From Diplonema japonicum (Eukaryota > Protista > Euglenozoa: Diplonemea), in contig OZ025702.1 in the NCBI GenBank assembly GCA_964019335.1, positions 1 to 64,000 of the forward strand: a stretch of 64,000 nucleotides of DNA, in the 5' to 3' direction. This document shows positions 41,856-51,136 of the stretch, piece by piece. Made by a program: the position numbers and the translations under genes. Each line of letters starts with the position of its first letter. The stretch's first letter is position 1. A model generated the notes under the pieces. The model did not search any database. It saw nothing but the letters and a program-made list of their open reading frames with translations, and was not told the DNA's origin.

Positions 41856-44800
41856 ATGCTGTTGTGCACCTTGTTGACATGTGTTAGCAGCCTGACGGTC
41901 GACACACCAGCGTTGGAGATAGTGGGCGGGCTTCCCAGCAGAGGGTTGTTGTGCCATGAGCCTCTGGAGTGCGAGTACCCAGAGTACGTAGCAGTGCCTC
42001 ATGGGCTTGAGGGCAGCCTACACGTAGCGTATGAGAGTGTTGACGATGCTGCGCTGTTTGCAGCACCTCCACAACTGATGACCGACGGCAGCAATGCAAC
42101 CCTCACCTTCTCCTTGCACCCCGTCACAGGGTACCATCACGTCTCCTTCCGGGCAGTGCTCACCAGCATGGACGCTACCATACAAGCCCCATTCACCCTC
42201 ACCATATCTCCGTCTCGTTCGCCTGAAGTCACCTACGTAGAGACGGGTACAATGACTGTCTTCCAAGGGTCTGGAAAGACTGTGAGTCAAGGCTTCGCCC
42301 AAGCCACTGGTGGCTTCGGGGTGATAACGGCGCAATGTGTTGCTGTGGACACTGCACTCTTCGTGGATTTACCGGGCTTGGTCTTTGACGCCGCAGGACT
42401 AGCTGATCTTACCTTCGCAGTCGGCCAAGTACCCGGTGCAACCACCGTGACATGTACAGTACGCGACATGGAAGGCGCCGTCTGCACAACATTATGTCCC
42501 ATCACCTTGTCGGTCATCGTTGCGGAGCTTGTGCCTGTTTTGGTCTTCAACCCCACCTTGCCCGGGAGTAGCGGCGAGCACCCCACTGTCACCATCAGAG
42601 GGGACGCTGGACGGCAATTCGTCAAGCTGTTCGACACCATTCACCTCCCCGTGGGCTCCTCGCAGAACATCGTTGACCCTGTGAAGTGCACTGCGAGCAG
42701 CGAGATCTTTGACAACAACATTTACATCAACAGCACGACAGGCGTGCTTTCCATTGAACCCCTTAGCGTTGCTGCTGCCAGTGCAAACCTGTCATGCACG
42801 GTGCTTGTGAATGGGGCTGAGAAAACTACAGCAACATTTGAAGTGGTGATCAGCACAGAGGAGCATTTTGTCTTTCAACCTACAACCTACCCCGTCATGC
42901 GCGTGGGGGAGAGCAGCATTATGGGGATTGCTGTCTCCATAGCACCTCAGGATGAGCTGGTCCTGAGTCTCAACGGTGGTGACTGTGTGCGCTTTGAACC
43001 CACCAACGTTGTCTTCACAACGGACGTGATCACAGCTGCTGTGATCGTGACATGCACATGTAGTGGTGAACACATGGTTGTCTACACCCTATCTGGGCCT
43101 GTTTCGGGGAGTTATGTGGTACCGTTCTATCCTAATGTTGTACAGGTTGTCGACAGTGCTTGGGGTTTGCGCTTCAGCAAGACGTCACATGTCCCCAAAA
43201 GTACTTACTACATGACAGCTCTCCCCGAGGTGGTGGTCGAGCTTACCGACTCCGCTGGCAGGCATGACACTAGCTCTGCACACGATATCGTGATCATAGC
43301 AGAGGCATCGCATGGCAGACTTCACAATTCCGTTGTTACTATGATAGATGGTAGAGCAGCGTTTAATGACTTGATGTTTGCAGACCATCCCGTCAACCCT
43401 GTGCTGTCTTTTAAAGCATCATCTGCCTCTGCTCCCGTCGATGGAAAGGCCCTCTCTTCAGGCATCATCGCTGTGGTGCCCCTTGCGGCCTATTCTATGA
43501 GATTTGTCGAAGTGAGTGCTGTGACAGACCTGGTTGTAACGGTGCGATCGCCTCTCCCCAGGGTAGTGGTAGAGCTGCTGAACTCTGATGACACCAAGGA
43601 CATAGCGACTGCTGGCGTCACTGTTTCAGCACTCAGCTCCAATGGTGGCCAGCTCAGCGGCAACATAGCTGTCTTCGGCGAACACTCAGCAGGGAGGGCC
43701 ATCTTCACAGACCTGCAGTTTCTGAACATTCCCGACCGACCAGTGGTGACCTTCATTGCTGAGGGAGAAGGTCGCGTGGTGTCGAGCGTGCTTAAAATCA
43801 GCGTCATGACAGTGCTACAGGCAGTTTGCAACGTTAACGACAAGAGCACCGAATGCACGTGCACCGGTGCCCTCGAAGGGTCATACTGCGATGACAGCTC
43901 TGCATCAACATTGGCGGACATTTGTACTGACGGCATCTGCAGGGGCTCTGTGCTGCATGGGTACCAGGCAGACGCTTCTGTAGTGACATCCGGCCTGAAG
44001 TTCAGCATCTCTATTTACGGTAGCAGGCTCCCTACACAAGGAACACCTGACATGTTGTGGGTGAGCTCATCTGCCGACTGCTCTGCAGCACCATGGCCTG
44101 GGGGTGGTGCCGTGCATATGCTTCCTACCCCTAGCAACAGCGTTCGGAGAACATCAAATCTTTTCACACTCACCAGTGCGTCGCAGACACCGCTGACCGT
44201 GTGCTATGACATCGACGGCGTGGGTTTGGAGCCACCTATTGCCGTGCCTTACTTGAGTGATGCACTCGTCATCGTCCCCAGTGTGCCTGTCATCACGGCC
44301 GTGCAGTCGGCAAGTTGCTTAAAGAGCTCTTCCGTAGTGTTCGTGCACGAGTGCCGTGACGGGGAAATCACCATCGCAGGACAGCACTTTGATACAATGC
44401 AAAAGAAAACAAGAGTTATCTTGACAAGAACGGGATTCAACAGGCATGCGGTGTGTGAGGTGAGAAGCTTGTCTAAGGACCAGGTTGTATGCGACTTGAA
44501 GGTGCCACCAAGTGCTTCTGGAAATTGGCTTATGGTGGTTGGGGTACTCGATGTTCTTTCTGACCCTGTGCCCATCGGATTGGTGAGCCCCACGCCTGTT
44601 GTTCACCAGCTGGTCCTCAGTACTTGTTTACAAAAAATAACAAATGTGGAGTCGCCGCTTTTGAATGGGTGCCGCCCCGGTGTGCTTAGTATTGTGGGCG
44701 CACACTTTGACAATGTGAAGCCGTCAATGAATGTGGTGACTTTTGTACCATCACTGAATGCAGAGGGCGTACCCCCTAGCTGTCAGGTTTTTGCGTCTTC

Positions 44801-47800
44801 AGACACAACTTTAGAATGCGAGATGCAAGCAGATGACGGCACGGTAGGCGCATGGATTCCATTGGTCACAGTCAATGGTATTCAGAGCATGGGGTCAGAG
44901 CTAGGCATTGTAGTCACACTTGAGCCGCCTGTCCTCACTGCGATGACGTCCCCTACGTGCATGGGGGGCGGGCTAGAGGTTGTTGACTGCACCGGGGTGC
45001 TCAACCTTATCGGGAAGGGTTTCGACGGTCAGGTTCCGGAGAACAACATCATAACATTGGAAGGCTCTGACGTCACTTGTCGACCTGTAAACACAGAGGG
45101 GTGGTCAGATACTCACTTAGCATGCATGTTGCACATACCTTCCAACGCTCACGGTGCATGGCAGCTGACGGTGCGTGTCACAGGCCCGCACAGAACACCG
45201 GTTTCGTCGAATGTCGGTACCATTCGTGTCAACCCCAAGCTTGTCATCGATAGCGTGACAACAAACTGTCCGTTCTCACCATGCACAGGTGACACGTTAA
45301 CATTATTCGGCTCCAACTTTGCTACTGACGCCCTTGTAAATGTGGTTGCTATCTTTGGTGGTACCGCTCCCAATGGCATGCCAACATGCACCCCTTTCTC
45401 TGTCATTGCGACCACGTCCGGTACGATGCGGCTGGTGTGCAGACTGGCTGTGACCCCATCGACATCGGGGGTGTGGAATGTGCAGGTGGCCGTCGAACAG
45501 CAAGTGTCTAACACGCAAACCATCGCTCTGCAGAGTGCGCCCCCCACCATCACTGCCTTGCAGATGGACACATGTGAGATCTCGTCCCCATTCTCGCTCA
45601 ATGGCTGCAGTGACGGTAATTTGGTAATTAGCGGTGAGAACTTCGACCCTCGCGAAGAGCATAATTCTATCACCTTCACACTGGGAAGCGGTCAACCTCC
45701 GTTCTGCGCTTCTGTCAAATCAGGTGCCAATGGCGTCCTTGTTTGCTCTCTGTCGGCAGCTGCCGGTACTTCGGGGTCATGGAAGGTGGTCGTAGAAGCA
45801 GGCAGTCTCAAGAGCACCACAGTAGCTGTCGTCTCGCTGAAGCTTGCTGTGCCCATTGTGTCTGAAATGGAGGGTGCGGGATGTGTTGAGGAGCACCAAG
45901 GGAGTTGGACACAATGCACAGGCGGCCTACTCAAATTGCATGGCGCGCACTTCGGTGCGAACACTGCTGACAACGTTGTCAGCTTTGTGCGAGAGGGGGC
46001 AGATTTGCGGTCCACTCCGAAATGTGCCATAGAGCACAGCTCGACGCGAAATACCTTGATTTGTGTTCTGTCAGCACCTGCTGGTGTAGCGGGTGTTTGG
46101 CATGTCGTTGTCACTAGTTACGGTCTCTCGTCTGCGAAGACGATCACCCTTTCCATGATATCTGCTCCTGTCATTTTGAGACTAGCAAGTGATGGGTGCA
46201 GCACAGCCGGTGCTCTTTCTCTCCATTACTGTTCGGGTGGCGATTTGTTAAGGGTGTCTGGGAGTAGCTTTGATACTATTTTGACGAATAACGCTGTTGA
46301 ATTGCACTCCTCTGGTGCCACCTTGGTCTGCCAAGTTACCAAAGCAACTACCACGGAGTTGCAATGCATGCTACCAGTTTTGCACGGTGTTTACAGTCTG
46401 ACAGTATTTGTCAACGGTGTCGTAGCTGCCACAAGTGCAATGCTGAGCAGTACGTCTGCATTTGTGCCGGTGATTCACAGTGTTGTTGGTGGGGGGTGTC
46501 AGCATGCTGGTTTCTCTCTCGGTGAGTGCGTTGGGGGCGCTCTCACTGTTCGAGGAAGTGCTCTAACTGGCATGAGCGAGGGTTTTATCAGTAGTGTTGA
46601 GTTGGTAGAGGGCGATGGCCACGCACCTGTGTGCACACTGATTACTGCAACTGAAGACAAACTGGAGTGCGCGCTTGACATCGCGGGAGCACGTGGGTCG
46701 TGGAATGTAAACCTCGTAGTTAGGGACAGCCTGGGTAACGTCCAGTACACATCAAAAGAGGTAGTTCATATGACTGTGTCACGCACGCCTGACCTGACCC
46801 TGATAAATGGCGGGGGGTGCACGCACGTGTCCACTACATCTCTGACAGGCTGTACTGGTGGTATCCTCAATGTTGTAGGTGTGGGATTCAACACCATTGC
46901 CATTGGCCAAAACGTCGTCGTCTTCTCTCCGACCTCTGGCAATGGCCATGCACCGCTTTGCGAGGTCCAGTCATCAACCTCAACAACACTGCGGTGTGCA
47001 CTTACTGTGCCCGCAGGCTCAACTGCCGTTTGGCAGTTGAGGGTCAGTAATGATGGCGGCTATCCATCACTGTCGGCTACTCCACCTATTATTTCAGTTG
47101 CTGCAACAGTACCGACAGTGGCCAAGATAAGCGGCGGAGGGTGCTCATCAGGTGGTGCCCCAGCGAGTAGTAGCTGCAAGGGAGGTATCTTGACTATTGA
47201 GGGTGACCACTTCGTTCCAGTGCATCACATGAACACCGTGCGTTTGGTGTCTGAGAAGCCGGGAAATCCTCCAAAATGTGTGCCCATCCCTCAGGGATCC
47301 TCTATCACAAGCCTAAAGTGCCAGTTGAGCTCCCCTGAAAATGTCAGTAGCAACGAATGGACGGTGATTGTGGACAGCGTTGGTGTGTTGGGGACTTCAT
47401 TCGTCGTCCTCACGGCACTCTACGCGCCTGCTGTTTTCAACACTTCTGGCGGCGGCTGCATTGGGCAAAACACGCAGTGTGCTGGTGGTCCCTTGCTGTT
47501 GATTGGTGATAATTTTTCTCCTCCTGCCACAGTGCAGTTCGTAGGTGGTGAGGGTGCACCTCCTGAATGCAATGTCAGCAGCGTGTTTAGTACGTCATTA
47601 AGTTGCGATCTGGTGGTCCATCCTGGAACGCACGGCACGTGGCGGGTCACTGTGGTCTCAGACGGTGTTGCATCTACCCACGAGGATGTCCCTTCTTTGC
47701 AGATTGTGTCGCCACCAATTGTGCAACAGGTGTCTGGCGGGGGCTGTCTTGTGGTAATCAACGATACACACAAGTCGTGCAACGGTGGTCTTCTAGTGAT

Positions 47801-49874
47801 AACAGGACAATACTTCCTTCCGAACTATACTCGCGTCGATTTCGTTCCCCTTGCAGGGCAAGCCATGAAGCCAACGTGCACGGGATTTGATACCACTGAG
47901 ACAACATTACGTTGCACACTTTCTGTCCCCAGTGCCGCTGCTGGTAACTGGCAGTTAATTGTCGTGTCCCAAACCGCAGTGGCCCAATACACACCTGTCC
48001 TTGAAGCCGTTCCTAACCCTCCTATCATACATGCGCTTGAAGGGGGTGGGTGCACTGGGACTGGTTTCGCACTGTCGAGCTGCAAAGGAGGCCACCTTGT
48101 TATTGTTGGTGAGTGGTTCCATGTGGATAGTGCCAAAAACAGTGTTGTGTTTTCGGGAGGCGCTGGCGACTTGCCTAGCTGTGCGATCACACGCGTAACA
48201 GAGACAGAAATAGAGTGCGATTTAGGGATGCCACCTGGAACATCGGGCGTATGGGTGGTGCAGGTGATATCTGGGCACAAGATTTCTGTACGCATGGGAA
48301 TCACACTGGAGGCTGCACCAGAGCTGGTGATTATGACCATCGAAAAAGGTGGTTGTGAGTCTGTCAGCCCGCTGTCCCTCACGCAGTGCACGGGCACCAA
48401 CAGCATGGACACACGGAACGTAGGGGGAAACCTTGTTATCTCCTGCAACCTGCTGTCACCCTCCCCCGAGGCCACCTCCGTCGTGTTCAGTGGCCCTGAT
48501 CCAGTCCCCACGTGCGACATCGTGTCGGTGACGAAGGAAGCCGTTACGTGCAGGCTGTTGATCTCTCAGGTCATGAGCAAGCCTTGGCAAGTCACTATTT
48601 ACAACAAAGGTCTTAGTTCAACGAACACTGCCACCGTCAGACCGTACATCTCGCCGTCACCGCTGATTACATCAGCAGAAGGGAGCTGCGAGGCACGCAA
48701 CAAAGTGCAGCCGTCGAGCGACCTTGTCCTCTGCCGCAGCGGTATGCTAACAATACACGGAAGGAACTTCCACCCGTTTGCTGCTGAGAGGAACGCTATT
48801 GTGGCCATACCAGAAGATAGCTCTGCAAAGGCAAACCCCGGGCTCAAATGTGTTTTGACCACTGATACAATGTGGCTTACTCAAATCACATGCAACCTTA
48901 AAACTCAGGGAGCAGCTGGAAAGTGGAAACTGCAACTAGGCAGCAGTAGCACGGGCATCCTCTTGGAAGTGTTTTCGCCGCTTCCTGCAAACGAGATACG
49001 AGGTTTGGGACCCTCGATAGAAGTCGTGCTTTCTTATCCGGTGGAGGCCTTTGACCCCGACTATTGGAGGTACCTGTGTGCACGGACAATGACCTCCTTA
49101 TTCGGGATGGCCATTTCTGAGGCTCGAGTGGCTGTAGTGGCTGTTAAGGAGGGTTCAACGTATCTCACCTTCAGCTTTACGGAAGGTAGCGGGACTGAAT
49201 TAACTGCTGCTGAGCTCAGCAGCGAATTTAGAAAAGCAGCGGGAGATCCACGTGACACGACTGGGCTGAGGGGGTTGTTGGGAGTTGTGGAGTTGCCTTC
49301 TACTCCGATGCCCTCTGAGGAAGGAGACACTAGCTGGTTTGAGCAGAACTGGTGGGTGGTGGTGCTTGCCTGTGTTTTGTTGATCAGCATCTTTGTTGCT
49401 ATAGGCTGCGTCTACCTGCCCGGCAATGGCGCCAACAACGACACCGAGTGCAAGCCGTCCCCTGAATGTGAGAGTAAAAGTTTACCTTCTGACAGTTATG
49501 TGAATCGTGAGGTGACACCTCCAAACCCCTTGCGTGAGATGTTCCAGATGGAGTCTGTTGATGAGGCTTCTGATGCATCGCAGAGTACGGACCCGAGAAC
49601 AGAGCAGAGTGGCGCCCCGTCGGACAGGCTCGATTTATGTATGCCATGCACTGCACACATTACAATGCACACAGCCCACGCCAACTGTAGCACAGACTAC
49701 ACGCCTTCTCAGTACACGTCGCGTGTGAGCTATTATGACAGCCCTATCTCGAGTCGCGCAAGCACACGTTCCTACAGCTACACTGAGAGTTACATAAGCA
49801 AAACAGAAAGCTACATAAGCAATACAGAAAGTTATACAAGTGACCCTGGCACTCCACAGGTGAACTACTGGTGA
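41856..49874 (+). CDS. Large type I membrane surface protein: Ig-like N-terminal domains, 15 Cys-containing IPT/TIG-like repeats, SEA-like module, TM and S/Y-rich tail (~2660 aa if the 36-nt intron 49639-49674 is spliced)
   Basis: Signal peptide; repeat P.I...GGGC...C.GG.L.I.G..F...N.V...P.C...T.L.C.L...G.W.V.V; TM WWVVVLACVLLISIFVAIGCVYL. Confidence 0.88.
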   Translation: MLLCTLLTCVSSLTVDTPALEIVGGLPSRGLLCHEPLECEYPEYVAVPHGLEGSLHVAYESVDDAALFAAPPQLMTDGSNATLTFSLHPVTGYHHVSFRAVLTSMDATIQAPFTLTISPSRSPEVTYVETGTMTVFQGSGKTVSQGFAQATGGFGVITAQCVAVDTALFVDLPGLVFDAAGLADLTFAVGQVPGATTVTCTVRDMEGAVCTTLCPITLSVIVAELVPVLVFNPTLPGSSGEHPTVTIRGDAGRQFVKLFDTIHLPVGSSQNIVDPVKCTASSEIFDNNIYINSTTGVLSIEPLSVAAASANLSCTVLVNGAEKTTATFEVVISTEEHFVFQPTTYPVMRVGESSIMGIAVSIAPQDELVLSLNGGDCVRFEPTNVVFTTDVITAAVIVTCTCSGEHMVVYTLSGPVSGSYVVPFYPNVVQVVDSAWGLRFSKTSHVPKSTYYMTALPEVVVELTDSAGRHDTSSAHDIVIIAEASHGRLHNSVVTMIDGRAAFNDLMFADHPVNPVLSFKASSASAPVDGKALSSGIIAVVPLAAYSMRFVEVSAVTDLVVTVRSPLPRVVVELLNSDDTKDIATAGVTVSALSSNGGQLSGNIAVFGEHSAGRAIFTDLQFLNIPDRPVVTFIAEGEGRVVSSVLKISVMTVLQAVCNVNDKSTECTCTGALEGSYCDDSSASTLADICTDGICRGSVLHGYQADASVVTSGLKFSISIYGSRLPTQGTPDMLWVSSSADCSAAPWPGGGAVHMLPTPSNSVRRTSNLFTLTSASQTPLTVCYDIDGVGLEPPIAVPYLSDALVIVPSVPVITAVQSASCLKSSSVVFVHECRDGEITIAGQHFDTMQKKTRVILTRTGFNRHAVCEVRSLSKDQVVCDLKVPPSASGNWLMVVGVLDVLSDPVPIGLVSPTPVVHQLVLSTCLQKITNVESPLLNGCRPGVLSIVGAHFDNVKPSMNVVTFVPSLNAEGVPPSCQVFASSDTTLECEMQADDGTVGAWIPLVTVNGIQSMGSELGIVVTLEPPVLTAMTSPTCMGGGLEVVDCTGVLNLIGKGFDGQVPENNIITLEGSDVTCRPVNTEGWSDTHLACMLHIPSNAHGAWQLTVRVTGPHRTPVSSNVGTIRVNPKLVIDSVTTNCPFSPCTGDTLTLFGSNFATDALVNVVAIFGGTAPNGMPTCTPFSVIATTSGTMRLVCRLAVTPSTSGVWNVQVAVEQQVSNTQTIALQSAPPTITALQMDTCEISSPFSLNGCSDGNLVISGENFDPREEHNSITFTLGSGQPPFCASVKSGANGVLVCSLSAAAGTSGSWKVVVEAGSLKSTTVAVVSLKLAVPIVSEMEGAGCVEEHQGSWTQCTGGLLKLHGAHFGANTADNVVSFVREGADLRSTPKCAIEHSSTRNTLICVLSAPAGVAGVWHVVVTSYGLSSAKTITLSMISAPVILRLASDGCSTAGALSLHYCSGGDLLRVSGSSFDTILTNNAVELHSSGATLVCQVTKATTTELQCMLPVLHGVYSLTVFVNGVVAATSAMLSSTSAFVPVIHSVVGGGCQHAGFSLGECVGGALTVRGSALTGMSEGFISSVELVEGDGHAPVCTLITATEDKLECALDIAGARGSWNVNLVVRDSLGNVQYTSKEVVHMTVSRTPDLTLINGGGCTHVSTTSLTGCTGGILNVVGVGFNTIAIGQNVVVFSPTSGNGHAPLCEVQSSTSTTLRCALTVPAGSTAVWQLRVSNDGGYPSLSATPPIISVAATVPTVAKISGGGCSSGGAPASSSCKGGILTIEGDHFVPVHHMNTVRLVSEKPGNPPKCVPIPQGSSITSLKCQLSSPENVSSNEWTVIVDSVGVLGTSFVVLTALYAPAVFNTSGGGCIGQNTQCAGGPLLLIGDNFSPPATVQFVGGEGAPPECNVSSVFSTSLSCDLVVHPGTHGTWRVTVVSDGVASTHEDVPSLQIVSPPIVQQVSGGGCLVVINDTHKSCNGGLLVITGQYFLPNYTRVDFVPLAGQAMKPTCTGFDTTETTLRCTLSVPSAAAGNWQLIVVSQTAVAQYTPVLEAVPNPPIIHALEGGGCTGTGFALSSCKGGHLVIVGEWFHVDSAKNSVVFSGGAGDLPSCAITRVTETEIECDLGMPPGTSGVWVVQVISGHKISVRMGITLEAAPELVIMTIEKGGCESVSPLSLTQCTGTNSMDTRNVGGNLVISCNLLSPSPEATSVVFSGPDPVPTCDIVSVTKEAVTCRLLISQVMSKPWQVTIYNKGLSSTNTATVRPYISPSPLITSAEGSCEARNKVQPSSDLVLCRSGMLTIHGRNFHPFAAERNAIVAIPEDSSAKANPGLKCVLTTDTMWLTQITCNLKTQGAAGKWKLQLGSSSTGILLEVFSPLPANEIRGLGPSIEVVLSYPVEAFDPDYWRYLCARTMTSLFGMAISEARVAVVAVKEGSTYLTFSFTEGSGTELTAAELSSEFRKAAGDPRDTTGLRGLLGVVELPSTPMPSEEGDTSWFEQNWWVVVLACVLLISIFVAIGCVYLPGNGANNDTECKPSPECESKSLPSDSYVNREVTPPNPLREMFQMESVDEASDASQSTDPRTEQSGAPSDRLDLCMPCTAHITMHTAHANCSTDYTPSQYTSRVSYYDSPISSRASTRSYSYTESYISKTESYISNTESYTSDPGTPQVNYW
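49781..49841 (+). repeat. 3 x 21-nt coding tandem repeat (TESYISK TESYISN TESYTS)
   Basis: actgagagttacataagcaaa / acagaaagctacataagcaat / acagaaagttatacaagt. Confidence 0.8.
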
Positions 49875-49981
49875 CGCGCATGTTTATTATTTGTTATTTT
49901 AGACTATAACTGTAGACTAGATTAGAGATTCAGTCCCCCCCCCCTCTCTCTTCGTTTGTTACATACACCCCACAGATCAGG

Positions 49982-50875
49982 ATGGATGTCACCTTCACAC
50001 TGTTGGGCACCGGCTGCTCCAATGCCCTTCCTAACCTAAGGCATGTTTTGCAGGAGGAGGCGAAATGCGGTGTTTGCATGGACGCCCTGAACCGACCGGG
50101 CTCGAAGAATAGGAGGGGTACCATCAGCATGTTGGTGCGCATGAAGGGGAACGGCGTGACGAAGTCGCTTCTCGTAGATTGCGGGAAGAGCTTTTACGAA
50201 TCTTGTTGTCGGGTGCTTCCTGGGACAGGCCAGCGACAGCTAGACGCGGTGCTGCTGACTCATGGCCACATGGATGCTATTGGCGGGCTGGATAATCTAC
50301 GCGAAGTACAGCTCGCGGGGGAAGAGCCCTCGGAGTGGAGCCTGCAGCACTCCATGCCGGTCTATGGCACTGAGGCGACGAAGAACGTAGTCAAAAATAT
50401 ATACTCATACATGTTCCCCGACACCCACGCCTTGTCTGGGAGGGTGGTGGGACTACTTGAGTGGCACAGCATCCCAGAAACTACAGAACATGTAACCATC
50501 GAAGGCATCCCCATTCAGCTCTTGCCGGTGCATCACGGCGGTACCTATGTAGCGATGGGCTTTGCCTTCGGTGCCCCTGACTCCGAACGTGTTGTCTTCC
50601 TGAGCGATGTAAAGGAAGTACCTCAAGGGACCATGGACACTCTGCTTCAGCTGAAGATATCCACGCTGATCATTGACTCCTTGCGTCTTAAAGAACAGAA
50701 CTTCTCACACTTCTCACTAGAGGAGGCCACTAGCCTAATTTTGAAACTCAAGCCGAAGCAAGCTTACATTATCGGCATGAGCTGTGAGTTTGACCACGAC
50801 ACTGTCAACGCGCAGCTGGCTGCGTTATCTATCCCTACCGAGCTGTCATATGACGGCCTGCAATTTTCTTTGTAG
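49982..50875 (+). CDS. Metallo-beta-lactamase-fold hydrolase, PhnP/YcfH-neighbour phosphodiesterase-like
   Basis: LLGTGCS, CGVC...KNRR, LVDCGK, LLTHGHMDAIGGLD, VHHG, LSDV, SHFSL and LSYDG. Confidence 0.9.
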   Translation: MDVTFTLLGTGCSNALPNLRHVLQEEAKCGVCMDALNRPGSKNRRGTISMLVRMKGNGVTKSLLVDCGKSFYESCCRVLPGTGQRQLDAVLLTHGHMDAIGGLDNLREVQLAGEEPSEWSLQHSMPVYGTEATKNVVKNIYSYMFPDTHALSGRVVGLLEWHSIPETTEHVTIEGIPIQLLPVHHGGTYVAMGFAFGAPDSERVVFLSDVKEVPQGTMDTLLQLKISTLIIDSLRLKEQNFSHFSLEEATSLILKLKPKQAYIIGMSCEFDHDTVNAQLAALSIPTELSYDGLQFSL

Positions 50876-51136
50876 TCTTTTCTCTCTCTCTTTTTCTTCT
50901 TGAACATGGGATAAAAAAAAAAAAAAAAGAAGAAAAAAACAATAATTGTAAACGAATTGTTATTGCTAAGAAAGAGTCCTAAGGCTTTCCCCCCCCTTCC
51001 CTACAAAGAGAAAAAAATCGGGAGAAAATTGATTACTTAATGCAACTTGTGCCGAGCGAAAGAAAAAGAAGAAATTAGCAGTTCCTTCTTTTTTTTTATA
51101 TACTAGTGCGAACAATCCACCGACAGGTCCTTGGCA

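Noticed and set aside
47825-48520. Long antisense ORFs (also 32334-32945, 37437-38063, 54211-54858, 63155-63925)
   Set aside because: They are shadows of + strand coding sequence, with no motifs or acceptor context of their own.
50255-50290. Inactive MBL hydrolase because HxHxDH reads HGHMDA
   Set aside because: As I recall, an HxHxDA variant occurs in eukaryotic PhnP-like homologues, and the other metal ligands are intact, so this is not evidence of decay.
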